A DNA stretch of 64,000 nucleotides from Flavobacteriia bacterium (lineage in GTDB: Bacteria; Bacteroidota; Bacteroidia; Flavobacteriales_D; Crocinitomicaceae). Location: assembly GCA_947462925.1 (NCBI GenBank), contig CANHQP010000010.1, positions 13,664 through 77,663 of the forward strand, in the 5' to 3' direction. A model generated the notes under the pieces. The model worked only from the letters and a program-made list of their open reading frames with translations, was not told where the DNA came from and ran no database searches. The number at the start of each line of letters is the position of its first letter. The stretch's first letter is position 1. Below are positions 1 through 9,171 of this stretch, in pieces. A program made the translations under genes and the position numbers.

Positions 1-23
1 CCGTAAATAATAACTTATTTTTG

Positions 24-56
24 AACAGGAATCTGATTTTTCGGATTCCTGTTTTT
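24..56 (+). terminator. Rho-independent terminator of the gene ending upstream of the window
   Basis: 12-bp stem, 24-35 aacaggaatctg pairing with 42-53 cggattcctgtt (one G-U pair). 6-nt loop, then a T-run at 52-56. Confidence 0.6.
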
Positions 57-72
57 ATTTAATCTTGTTTCG

Positions 73-1266
73 ATGAGCAACGAAGAATTGTTTTTAAATA
101 AACTGGGGCAAACGAATCAATTTCCATATTTAATTGAAGTTGAAAGCGCTGAGGGAATTTACATTTACGACAAAAATGGCAAAGCTTACATGGATATGAT
201 TGCTGGTGTTGCAGTAAACAATATCGGAAATCGCCACCCAAAAGTTGTTGAAGCAATTAAAAATCAAGTGGATAAATATTTGCACATCATGGTTTATGGC
301 GAATTTATCCAAGATTCAAATATTGCCTTTGCTCAAAACTTAACTTCCCTTCTCCCTGATTCTTTGAATTGTGTATATCCCGTAAATTCTGGAACTGAAG
401 CCAATGAAGCCGCTTTGAAATTGGCAAAACGCGTCACTGGAAGAACTGAAATCGTTTCATTCCGAGGATCCTATCACGGTAGCACACATGGTTCACTGAG
501 TGTTTCAGGAAATGAAACTAAAAAAATTGCATATCGTCCATTGTTGCCTGATGTCAAGTTTATTAAGCACAATGAATTTACTGATTTGGAACAAATTACT
601 GCAAAAACAGCTGGAGTAATTTTAGAAACAGTACAAGGAGATGCAGGCGTTCGCGTTTCAAATCCTGAATTTTTAAAAGCATTGCGCAAAAAATGCAATG
701 AAGTTGGCGCACTTTTGATTTTTGATGAAATTCAATGCGGTATGGGACGAGCCGGTAAAATGTTTGCATTTGAGCATAGCGGAGTGATTCCAGATATTTT
801 AACACTTGGAAAAGCATTGGGTGGCGGTTTGCCAATTGGTGCGCTGGTGTCTTCGAAAGAAAATTTATACGAATTTACTTACAATCCTATGTTGGGACAC
901 ATCACCACTTTTGGTGGACATCCAGTTGTAACTGCTGCAGCAAATGCATTTTTGGAAGTGATGCAAACTGAAATTGATTTTAAAGAAGTGGAAAGAAAAG
1001 GACAACTTTTAGTCGATATGCTGAAAGTAGATCCTGAAATTATTGAAATTCGTCGCATTGGAATGATGTTCGCTTTCGACATGAAATCCTTTGAGCGCGT
1101 AGAAAAAGTGGTCAAAAGATGTTTGGAATTGGGACTCATCAGTTTTTGGTTTTTGTCTCATCCTTACAGTTTCAGACTTTCGCCGCCTTTGAATATTACC
1201 GAAGCTGAAATGCACAAAGCGGGAGATATTATATTACAGGCAATTAGGGAAACGAGAGAAATTTAA
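73..1266 (+). CDS. Class-III (aspartate aminotransferase superfamily) PLP-dependent aminotransferase; substrate not assignable
   Basis: 397-aa ORF with acetylornithine/GABA-aminotransferase-like blocks: [49 protein letters not shown]. Confidence 0.85.
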   Translation: MSNEELFLNKLGQTNQFPYLIEVESAEGIYIYDKNGKAYMDMIAGVAVNNIGNRHPKVVEAIKNQVDKYLHIMVYGEFIQDSNIAFAQNLTSLLPDSLNCVYPVNSGTEANEAALKLAKRVTGRTEIVSFRGSYHGSTHGSLSVSGNETKKIAYRPLLPDVKFIKHNEFTDLEQITAKTAGVILETVQGDAGVRVSNPEFLKALRKKCNEVGALLIFDEIQCGMGRAGKMFAFEHSGVIPDILTLGKALGGGLPIGALVSSKENLYEFTYNPMLGHITTFGGHPVVTAAANAFLEVMQTEIDFKEVERKGQLLVDMLKVDPEIIEIRRIGMMFAFDMKSFERVEKVVKRCLELGLISFWFLSHPYSFRLSPPLNITEAEMHKAGDIILQAIRETREI

Positions 1267-1324
1267 TTTGTTTCATATTTCACAAATTATTTCTTACATT
1301 TACTCAAATCTAAAATTCAATTTT

Positions 1325-2254
1325 ATGCCAATTTATGTGCCTTTTTTGATTGTTGCAGTTTTATTGATTGTGCTTTCAGTGGTTACTGTTCAACAAGGAA
1401 CCGTAGCTGTAATTACCGTTTTCGGAAAATACAAAAGAATTTTAACGCCAGGTTTGAGTGTGAGAATTCCATTAATTGAAAAAGTTTACAAGAAAATTTC
1501 AATTCAAAACCGAAGTGTTGAACTTGGATTTCAAGCTGTTACTATCGATCAAGCCAATGTGAATTTCACTGCAATGTTATTGTATGCAGTTGTCAACCAA
1601 AATGAAGAATCTATCAAAAATGTCGCATTTAAGTTTGTGGATGACAGAAACTTGATGTCAGCTTTGGTGCGATCAATTGAAGGTTCTGTGAGAGCTTTCG
1701 TAGCGACGAAAAAGCAATCTGAAGTATTGTCTTTGCGCCGTGACATCGTAGAAGCTGTCAAGGAACAATTGGACATGATGTTGGAAGAATGGGGTTATCA
1801 TTTGATTGACTTACAATTAAACGACATCACTTTTGACGAAGAAGTCATGCGTTCGATGGCGAAAGTAGTGGCGAGTAACAACTTGAAAGCTGCCGCAGAA
1901 AATGAAGGTCAAGCTTTATTAATCACTAGAACAAAAGCGGCGGAAGCTGAAGGAAATTTCATCAAAATCTCTGCTACTGCGGAAAAAGAAGCTGCTCAAA
2001 TGCGTGGACAAGGGATTGCTTTATTTAGAGAAGAAGTTGCACGAGGAATGGCGGAAGCAGCCAAACAAATGCAAGAATCCAATTTAGATACCTCTTTGAT
2101 TTTATTCAGTATGTGGACAGAAGCGATTAAAAACTTCGCTGAACAAGGAAAAGGAAATGTAATATTCTTAGACGGAAGCATCGAAGGAATGGACAAAACA
2201 ATGCAACAAATGATGTCGATGACACAATTGGAGAATATTAAGAATAAAAAATAA
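1325..2254 (+). CDS. SPFH/band-7 (stomatin/HflC-like) membrane protein
   Basis: One N-terminal TM helix (MPIYVPFLIVAVLLIVLSVV) followed by an SPFH-type domain and an Ala/Glu-rich coiled tail. The ORF-track start at 1268 is TTG; the first ATG is 1325. Confidence 0.8.
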   Translation: MPIYVPFLIVAVLLIVLSVVTVQQGTVAVITVFGKYKRILTPGLSVRIPLIEKVYKKISIQNRSVELGFQAVTIDQANVNFTAMLLYAVVNQNEESIKNVAFKFVDDRNLMSALVRSIEGSVRAFVATKKQSEVLSLRRDIVEAVKEQLDMMLEEWGYHLIDLQLNDITFDEEVMRSMAKVVASNNLKAAAENEGQALLITRTKAAEAEGNFIKISATAEKEAAQMRGQGIALFREEVARGMAEAAKQMQESNLDTSLILFSMWTEAIKNFAEQGKGNVIFLDGSIEGMDKTMQQMMSMTQLENIKNKK

Positions 2255-2285
2255 TGATTTGTGTGGGATAGGAATTGAACCGTTT

Positions 2286-3383
2286 CTATCCCGCTAATTC
2301 TACCCCTATCAATTTGCCAATTCCAAATGTAACCGCTGCAGCTGCTAAACCAAAAAACACCTGACGAAAACCTGAATACCAAACATTTTTTCCAGTGAAA
2401 ATTGTGATTGCTGCTCCAATCAAAAATAAACCAATCGCACTGAAAATCGTACTCAAAACGATTGCCTGCATTCCGTTTGTGAACATGAAAGGTAAAACCG
2501 GAATTACAGCGCCAATTCCGAACAAAACAAAAGATGAAAGTGCCGCTTCAATTGCAGAACCTTTTAATTCTTCAGCGTTAATTCCCAATTCTTCTTTGAC
2601 CAAAACGTCATGTGCTTTGAATTTATCTTTCATCAATTCTTCAACGATTGCTTCCGCTTGTTCATTGGGAATACCTTTTGCCAAATAAATCAATTTCAAT
2701 TCTTTTCGTTCGCCTTCAGGATTGGTTTCCAATTCATCCATTTCCAAAGCCATTTGATTTTCGTATAATTCTTGCGAACTTTTCACCGAAATCCATTCGC
2801 CTAAAGCCATTGACAAAGCACCCGCCAATAGTCCAGCTAATCCAGCAACTAAAACGCCGGCTTGACCTTGCGTTGCGCCAGCAATTCCCATCACCAAACT
2901 GAAATTAGAAACAAGGCCATCATTTCCACCCAAAACAGCGGCGCGAATCGCATTTCCACCGACAGATCTGTGTCGTTTTTCAAATCTTGCCAATTGTGGT
3001 CCAGAAACCCTTGTTTCATTTTCCAAAATGGATTTCAAAATTTTAACGTGAGAATCTTCGTTTCCAGAAATAGGAATACTTGCTTTGTTTTTGTGTTGAA
3101 TTATAGCAGTTGCCAATTGCTTTTCAGTATCCATCAAAGCACCTAAAACATAATCGTAACCAAAAGTTTTACCAATTCGATTCAAAACTTTGGCTCTCCA
3201 AGAAGGACTGGAAATTTCATCAAAAGTTAGATTCATTTTTGCAGCAAAAGCAACCGCATGGCTTTTCTCAATTTCACTCATTTGCATAAAAACGCCTGAC
3301 AAAACTTCATCAGATTCATTTTCAGCTAATTTTGAATACAAATAAGAAGCGTCAACTTCAGTTTGTATGCTGCTTTTTTTCAT
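2286..3383 (-). CDS. VIT1/CCC1-family Fe/Mn transporter with N-terminal ferritin-like domain
   Basis: The C-terminal half has the VIT1 signature (GGNDGLVSNFSLVMG) and several TM helices. The N-terminal part is ferritin/rubrerythrin-like. Start moved to ATG 3383 (MKKSSIQ), 11 nt after the stop of the upstream gene. Confidence 0.8.
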   Translation of the reverse strand: MKKSSIQTEVDASYLYSKLAENESDEVLSGVFMQMSEIEKSHAVAFAAKMNLTFDEISSPSWRAKVLNRIGKTFGYDYVLGALMDTEKQLATAIIQHKNKASIPISGNEDSHVKILKSILENETRVSGPQLARFEKRHRSVGGNAIRAAVLGGNDGLVSNFSLVMGIAGATQGQAGVLVAGLAGLLAGALSMALGEWISVKSSQELYENQMALEMDELETNPEGERKELKLIYLAKGIPNEQAEAIVEELMKDKFKAHDVLVKEELGINAEELKGSAIEAALSSFVLFGIGAVIPVLPFMFTNGMQAIVLSTIFSAIGLFLIGAAITIFTGKNVWYSGFRQVFFGLAAAAVTFGIGKLIGVELAG

Positions 3384-3394
3384 TGAGATTGAGA

Positions 3395-3859
3395 TTAATT
3401 GCTGAATAGCTTTCCTGTGCTTACACCGTGACAAGAATTACAAGCACCTGAATTTAATGAACTTGACATGTAGCTCGTAGAACCACTTGGACCAGTTATT
3501 GCAGGATATAAACCGCTGTAGTCAACAGATTCAGTTGTATAAAAATTTCCTTTGTTATCGATTTGAATGGTATATTTCAAAGTTCCTGTTCCGTTCGCTC
3601 CCGTATACAATTTAATTGAGCCACCAGTTAAATTACTTGTCAATGCGCTGTTTGAAGCACTTCCTGCGACATTAAAACAACCTTCGCCTTCTCCTCCACT
3701 TTTATGGCAATTCAAACAATTTTGTCCGAAATTATGGCTCTTACTCCCACCAGAGAAACTTACATTGGTTTCACCGCACTTGTTTTTCTTACAACTTGGA
3801 AAAGCGAAAACTAAAATACTTCCCAAAAATACAACTGTTAAGAATGAATAAAATTTCAT
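3395..3859 (-). CDS. Small lipoprotein with two CXXCH haem-c binding motifs (putative dihaem cytochrome c)
   Basis: Lipoprotein-type signal (LVFAFPSC). CLNCH near the N-terminus and CNSCH near the C-terminus flank a Gly/Ser/Thr-rich middle segment. Confidence 0.55.
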   Translation of the reverse strand: MKFYSFLTVVFLGSILVFAFPSCKKNKCGETNVSFSGGSKSHNFGQNCLNCHKSGGEGEGCFNVAGSASNSALTSNLTGGSIKLYTGANGTGTLKYTIQIDNKGNFYTTESVDYSGLYPAITGPSGSTSYMSSSLNSGACNSCHGVSTGKLFSN

Positions 3860-3974
3860 GGTTTTGTTTTTTTATATTGACACATTATTTTCTTTCTTAA
3901 CAATAAATGTAAGGCTTTATTGCTGAAAAATTCTTATTCTTTGTTAATCGATATTAGATCTAAATAAAAAAGAA

Positions 3975-3982
3975 TAAATTTG
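3975..3982 (+). promoter_or_regulatory. Candidate Bacteroidota -7 promoter box (TAnnTTTG) for elbB
   Basis: taaatttg lies 20 nt upstream of ATG 4002. No well-spaced -33 TTTG was found. Confidence 0.3.
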
Positions 3983-4001
3983 ATCAATCAAAAAAATCAC
4001 A

Positions 4002-4682
4002 ATGAAAAAAATAGGCATTTTACTTTCAGGCTGTGGCGTTTATGACGGTTCTGAAATTCAAGAAACAGTGTTGGCCATGTTAGCGATTCAAGAAGCTGGT
4101 GCTGAATACATTTGCATTTCTATCGATAAAAATCAGCACCATGTAGTCAATCATTTAGATGGGTCAGAAATGGCAGAAACTCGAAATATGATGGTTGAAT
4201 CTGCAAGAATTGCGCGCGGAAATGTCAAAAATATCAATGAAGTAGAAATTCGCGACTTCGATGCTTTGGTGATTCCAGGTGGTTTTGGAAATGCGAAAAA
4301 TCTCAGTACTTGGGCTTTTGATGGTCCAAACGGAACAATTCTTCCAGAAGTAAAGTTGCTTATTGTGAATTGCATCAATGCCGGTCGACCAATCGCAGCG
4401 CTTTGCGTGAGTCCAATTTTGATTGCAAAAGCGTTGGAAGATTCAGATTTACATGTTGAATTGACGCTCGGAAATAATACAGACGCTTCACCATATAATA
4501 TCAACGATTTTCACGCTGGATTACAAACTGCTGGAGCCAAAACATTTGAAAAAAATATCCATGGAATTCAAATTGATGAAAAACTGAAAATTGTGAGTGC
4601 ACCTTGCTACATGTTTGAGGCTAATATATTAGAAATTAGAAACAATATCAAACAAGCAATAGATGCATTGATGTTGTTATAA
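4002..4682 (+). CDS. elbB: DJ-1/PfpI-family isoprenoid biosynthesis glyoxalase ElbB
   Basis: N-terminus MKKIGILLSGCGVYDGSEIQE and ALVIPGGFGNAKNLS are typical of ElbB. Confidence 0.8.
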   Translation: MKKIGILLSGCGVYDGSEIQETVLAMLAIQEAGAEYICISIDKNQHHVVNHLDGSEMAETRNMMVESARIARGNVKNINEVEIRDFDALVIPGGFGNAKNLSTWAFDGPNGTILPEVKLLIVNCINAGRPIAALCVSPILIAKALEDSDLHVELTLGNNTDASPYNINDFHAGLQTAGAKTFEKNIHGIQIDEKLKIVSAPCYMFEANILEIRNNIKQAIDALMLL

Positions 4683-4771
4683 AGTACGTTATTCGAACAT
4701 GATATTGGTCATTTTTTAATAAACTGTTTGAAAATAGTTGACCCAAATCGCTTTTCGAAAGAATATAGATG

Positions 4772-4779
4772 TAATTTTG
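4772..4779 (+). promoter_or_regulatory. Candidate -7 promoter box (TAnnTTTG) for pckA
   Basis: taattttg lies 40 nt upstream of ATG 4819. Only a TTTC-type -33 lies nearby. Confidence 0.3.
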
Positions 4780-4818
4780 CATCACGAAATCAAAGCGAAA
4801 GCTTAAAATTTAAAAAGT

Positions 4819-6429
4819 ATGAACGAATTTGGTAAAAGAGGAAACAATACCGATTTGAACGCTTCCATAGGTTTAAACAACTTAGGGGATATTTTTTGGA
4901 ATCTTACACCAGCTGAATTGGTGGAGGATACAATTCTCAATGGTCAAGGTATGCTAACAGACACGGGAGCAATTGCTATCGAAACTGGTGAATTCACAGG
5001 AAGATCACCTAAAGATAGATTTGTTGTTTGTGATGCTAAAACAGAAAATGCTGTTTGGTGGGGCGATGTAAACATTAAATTTTCTGAAGCTCAATTTGAC
5101 GCATTGTACAATCGCGTAAAAGCTTATTTGAACGGAAAAGACTTGTATGTACGTGATGCTTATGCATGTGCTGATCAAGCTCACAGAATGAATATTAGAG
5201 TGGTAAACGAATTCCCTTGGGCGAATATGTTTGCTTACAATATGTTTTTGCGTCCAACAGATGCAGAAATCGAAACTTTTGATCCAGAGTGGCACATTGT
5301 ATGCGCTCCAGGATTTATGGCTGATCCAGCAATCGACGGAACACGTCAACACAATTTCGCGATTTTGAACTTCACGAAAAAAATGATCTTAATTGGTGGT
5401 ACTGGTTATACAGGTGAAATCAAAAAAGGAATTTTCTCTGTGTTGAACTTTGTTTTGCCTCACGAGAAAAATGTATTGTCAATGCACTGTTCTGCAAACA
5501 TCGGTGAAGGTGGAGATACTGCTATTTTCTTCGGTCTTTCTGGAACTGGAAAAACAACGCTTTCTTCTGATCCTGATCGTCACTTGATTGGTGATGATGA
5601 GCACGGTTGGTCTGATAACACAGTTTTCAACTTTGAAGGTGGATGTTATGCGAAAACAATCGATCTTTCTGCTGAAAAAGAGCCACAAATTTACAACGCA
5701 ATCAAATTTGGAGCGATTTTAGAAAATATTGGTTTTGTAGAAGATTCTTCAACTCCTGACTATACTGACAATACAATCACAGAGAACACACGTGTTTCTT
5801 ACCCAATCGATTATATTGACAATATTGCAGTTCCATCTATTGGTTCTGCTCCAAAAAATATTTTCTTCTTAACAGCAGATGCTTTTGGTGTATTGCCTCC
5901 AATCTCAAGATTGACAAAAGAACAAGCGATGTATCACTTCATGTCTGGTTATACTGCAAAAGTAGCTGGAACCGAAATGGGAATTACAGAGCCAACAACG
6001 ACTTTCTCTGCTTGTTTTGGAAAAGCATTTTTACCTTTACACCCAGCGAAATACGCTAAATTGTTAGGTGAAAAATTAGAAGGAACTGACATCAAAGTTT
6101 GGTTGATCAACACCGGTTGGTCTGGTGGTTCTTACGGAGTTGGAAGCAGAATGAAATTGTCTTACACAAGAGCAATGATTACTGCAGCATTGAATGGAAA
6201 ATTAGACGATGTCGCTTTTGATACACTTCCAGTTTTTGATTTGGCAATTCCTACATCATGTGAAGGCGTTCCAAGTGAAATCTTGAATCCAAGAGGAACA
6301 TGGGCTGATAAAGCTGCTTACGATGAAACAGCAATCAATTTGGCTGGACAATTCGTTAAAAACTTCGATCAATACGCCGCTGAAACAAGCGCAGATATTT
6401 TAGCTGCCGCTCCTAAAGTGATGGCATAA
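4819..6429 (+). CDS. pckA: Phosphoenolpyruvate carboxykinase (ATP)
   Basis: 536 aa with the kinase-1a loop FFGLSGTGKTTLS, plus GDDEHGW and NTGWSGG blocks typical of ATP-dependent PEPCK. Confidence 0.95.
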   Translation: MNEFGKRGNNTDLNASIGLNNLGDIFWNLTPAELVEDTILNGQGMLTDTGAIAIETGEFTGRSPKDRFVVCDAKTENAVWWGDVNIKFSEAQFDALYNRVKAYLNGKDLYVRDAYACADQAHRMNIRVVNEFPWANMFAYNMFLRPTDAEIETFDPEWHIVCAPGFMADPAIDGTRQHNFAILNFTKKMILIGGTGYTGEIKKGIFSVLNFVLPHEKNVLSMHCSANIGEGGDTAIFFGLSGTGKTTLSSDPDRHLIGDDEHGWSDNTVFNFEGGCYAKTIDLSAEKEPQIYNAIKFGAILENIGFVEDSSTPDYTDNTITENTRVSYPIDYIDNIAVPSIGSAPKNIFFLTADAFGVLPPISRLTKEQAMYHFMSGYTAKVAGTEMGITEPTTTFSACFGKAFLPLHPAKYAKLLGEKLEGTDIKVWLINTGWSGGSYGVGSRMKLSYTRAMITAALNGKLDDVAFDTLPVFDLAIPTSCEGVPSEILNPRGTWADKAAYDETAINLAGQFVKNFDQYAAETSADILAAAPKVMA

Positions 6430-6455
6430 ATAATTGAAATAATTAGATTTTATAT

Positions 6456-6493
6456 GAATCCCGTTGATTTGATAATCAGCGGGATTTTTTTTT
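6456..6493 (+). terminator. Rho-independent terminator after pckA (convergent with relA)
   Basis: 13-bp stem, 6457-6469 aatcccgttgatt pairing with 6474-6486 aatcagcgggatt (one G-U pair). 4-nt loop, then a T-run at 6485-6493. Confidence 0.75.
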
Positions 6494-6514
6494 GAATAAA
6501 TCTCTAAACAAGAA

Positions 6515-8749
6515 TTAACTCAAAATCGGTTGCTCCTCCTCTTCTTCTGAATCCCAGCGTTCAACGCGTTTAACACCTTCAATTAATTCAAATTTTTGGG
6601 TCAATAAATCCAAGTGCTCGCGGTCGTATACCAACACTTTGATTTTTCCTTCAAACAAGCCGTCGTTGGCTTCAAATGAAATCGATTTCATGTTCACGTT
6701 GTGCTGATTTGAAATGATTTCTGTGATTTTGTTTACAATTCCCACATCGTCGATTCCAATCAAGCGCAAAGACGCTAAATGCGAAACCAAATCTTCTTTT
6801 TTCCATTTGGCTTTCACACAACGGTAAGCCATTTTGGACATCAAATGTTCCGCATTCGGGCAATTGTTTCTGTGAATTTTGATTCCTTCGTTGATGGTAA
6901 TAAATCCAAAAACGGCATCACCAGGAATTGGATTACAGCATTTTGCTAATTTGTATTGGATATTTTTGAAATCTTCCCCAATAATAATAATGTCTTCTTT
7001 TTTATTGATTTTTGGATAAACATCCAATTCGTGTTTGTCCTTGGGCGCAGTAGATTTCTTTTCCAATTGCAAAATCCCATTGACATTTTCGATTTCACGC
7101 AATTTATTCAAATCAATTTTTCCTTTGGCAATCCTGAAATACAATTCCGTGGAAGAAGGCATGCCGAAAAATTTCTCTAAGATTTGAATGTTTTCTAATT
7201 GAAAACGGATGTTGAATTGCTTCAATTTGCGTTCTAAAATCTCTTTTCCGTCTAACGCAATGGCTTTGCGCTCATCGTTTAAGGAAGTTTTTATTTTTTG
7301 TTTTGCACGCGCTGAAGTCACAAATCGCAACCACTCGTCACTTGGTTTTTGTTTTGGTGAAGTGATAATTTCAACTTGATCACCATTCAGCAATTGGTAA
7401 CTCAACGGAACCAATTTGGTATTCACTTTTGCTCCAATGCATTTGTCGCCGATCGCAGTATGTATGTCATACGCAAAATCTAAAATTGTTGCACCCGTTG
7501 GCAGAACGCGCAATTCACCTTTAGGAGTAAATACATAAATTTCGTCAGAAAACAAGTTCATTTTAAACTCGTTAACGAAATCCATCGCACTCAACTCTGG
7601 ATTTTCCATTAACTCACGGATTTCAGCAATCCAGCGGTCGAATTTTGAATCTTCAGATTTGTCTTCTTTGTATTTGTAATGCGCTGCTAATCCTTTTTCA
7701 GCAATTTCATCCATTCTTTTAGAACGAATTTGCACTTCCACCCATTTTCCTTGTGGCGACATGACTGTTGTGTGCAAAGATTCATATCCATTCGCTCTTG
7801 GCGTTGAAATCCAATCTCTTAATCGTTCAGGACTTGGTTGGTAAAAATCTGTAACGATACTATATATCCTCCAGCAATCTGGTTTTTCAAGTTCAACTGG
7901 CGTGTCGACAATGATACGAATGGCAAACAAATCATAAACTTCTTCGAAAGGAATTTCTTTCGTTTGCATTTTTCTCCAAATAGAAGAAACCGATTTTGTT
8001 CTGACTTTTACATCAAAGACATAACCTTCATGCAGCAAAGCTTCTCTGATTGGATGTGTAAATCGGCGAATGAATCTATTTCGAACATCTTGCGTCGATT
8101 TTAGATTGCTTTCGATGTTTTTATACACTTCAGGTTCCGTGTATTTAAAAGCCAAATCATCCAATTCGCTTTTGATTGAATACAATCCCAATCTGTGCGC
8201 CAATGGAGCATACAAAAACTTGGTCTCAGAAGCGATTTTCAATTGTTTGTCAGGCGCCATACTTCCCAAAGTACGCATGTTGTGGAGCCTATCAGCCAAC
8301 TTGATTAAAACAACCCTGATATCATCAGAAATTGTCAAAATCATTTTTCTAAAGTTTTCCGCTTGAATGGAAGCGTTTTCATCAAAAACTTCAGGAATTT
8401 TTGTCAAACCGTCTATAATTCTTCGTGGCTTTTCACCAAAAAGATCTTCTACATCTTGCAAAGTAATGTGCGTATCTTCAACTGTGTCGTGCAATAAAGC
8501 ACATACCACACTCGTAGCACCCAATCCCATCTCTTCCGCACAAATTCTGGCTACAGCGATAGGATGATAAATGTAAGGTTCACCAGATTTTCTTCGCATG
8601 TCTTTGTGCGCATCAACTGCCACATCAAAAGCCTTGCGAATCAATTTGGTGTTTTCACGCGTTCTATTTTTAGTTGCACGAAGCAGTCCTTTGAAAGCGT
8701 TCAATATTTCTTTGCGTTCTTTTTCTAAATCTATTTGTGTAATGTCCAT
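6515..8749 (-). CDS. relA: Bifunctional RelA/SpoT-family (p)ppGpp synthetase/hydrolase
   Basis: 744 aa. HD hydrolase motif (HDTVEDT), synthetase core (YESLHTTV), and TGS and ACT-like C-terminal regions. Confidence 0.9.
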   Translation of the reverse strand: MDITQIDLEKERKEILNAFKGLLRATKNRTRENTKLIRKAFDVAVDAHKDMRRKSGEPYIYHPIAVARICAEEMGLGATSVVCALLHDTVEDTHITLQDVEDLFGEKPRRIIDGLTKIPEVFDENASIQAENFRKMILTISDDIRVVLIKLADRLHNMRTLGSMAPDKQLKIASETKFLYAPLAHRLGLYSIKSELDDLAFKYTEPEVYKNIESNLKSTQDVRNRFIRRFTHPIREALLHEGYVFDVKVRTKSVSSIWRKMQTKEIPFEEVYDLFAIRIIVDTPVELEKPDCWRIYSIVTDFYQPSPERLRDWISTPRANGYESLHTTVMSPQGKWVEVQIRSKRMDEIAEKGLAAHYKYKEDKSEDSKFDRWIAEIRELMENPELSAMDFVNEFKMNLFSDEIYVFTPKGELRVLPTGATILDFAYDIHTAIGDKCIGAKVNTKLVPLSYQLLNGDQVEIITSPKQKPSDEWLRFVTSARAKQKIKTSLNDERKAIALDGKEILERKLKQFNIRFQLENIQILEKFFGMPSSTELYFRIAKGKIDLNKLREIENVNGILQLEKKSTAPKDKHELDVYPKINKKEDIIIIGEDFKNIQYKLAKCCNPIPGDAVFGFITINEGIKIHRNNCPNAEHLMSKMAYRCVKAKWKKEDLVSHLASLRLIGIDDVGIVNKITEIISNQHNVNMKSISFEANDGLFEGKIKVLVYDREHLDLLTQKFELIEGVKRVERWDSEEEEEQPILS

Positions 8750-8791
8750 GAAAAAATATTGGAATGAAAAAGGTTCTAAAAAAATAAGGGT

Positions 8792-9145
8792 TTAGAAATC
8801 TTTCATGAAATCATCATCCATTTCATAGTATCCTTTTGATTTCATTTTGTCTTTCCCAATATTTTTCACTTTGAGTTTGGCCAATTTTTCACTTGATTTT
8901 GTGCTTTCTTCTTCGCCTTTTGCTAATTCATCTTCTTCATCATTTTTGACTTTTCCTGACTTAGAAGTTTTGTCTTTTTTTGAAAATTCAAAGTAATCTT
9001 TTTCTTTAGATTTACCTTTTTTCGATTTATCTTTCTTTTTGGATTTTTCTTCTTTCATTGAAACTTCAAATCCAAGCTTTTCTGCAATTTGGGTAAGTAG
9101 CTCTACATTTTCACTTACTTCTGATCTTAAAACTAATTTCGGCAT
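8792..9145 (-). CDS. Hypothetical Lys/Glu-rich low-complexity protein
   Basis: 117-aa ORF. A short structured N-terminus (MPKLVLRSEVSENVELLTQIAEKLGFEV) is followed by KSKKKDKSKKGKSKEK-type repeats. It sits in the same orientation between fahA and relA. Confidence 0.45.
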   Translation of the reverse strand: MPKLVLRSEVSENVELLTQIAEKLGFEVSMKEEKSKKKDKSKKGKSKEKDYFEFSKKDKTSKSGKVKNDEEDELAKGEEESTKSSEKLAKLKVKNIGKDKMKSKGYYEMDDDFMKDF

Positions 9146-9171
9146 ATGGTCTTAATTAACAATTAAACAAT

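Noticed and set aside
2264-2291. 10-bp hairpin (gggataggaa/tttctatccc) between the SPFH and VIT1 genes
   Set aside because: It has no flanking T- or A-run, and its 3' arm overlaps the VIT1 stop and coding end. It is not convincing as a terminator.
1996-2382. 128-aa minus-strand ORF, plus the many 60-115-aa ORFs antisense to pckA, relA, fahA, the LptD-like gene, cysN and others
   Set aside because: All are nested antisense within long ORFs that have strong family signatures. None has a motif or sensible start context.
3384-3434. N-terminal extensions proposed by the ORF track. Examples: 2286-3434, 17003-18208, 20730-23747, 31508-32464, 34550-35440, 42338-43492, 43542-44921, 44878-45993, 47285-48094, 57619-58950, 60079-62733
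   Set aside because: In each case a downstream ATG begins the conserved N-terminus or the signal peptide and removes overlap with the neighbouring gene. The extensions were trimmed. 62733 is kept as an open alternative.
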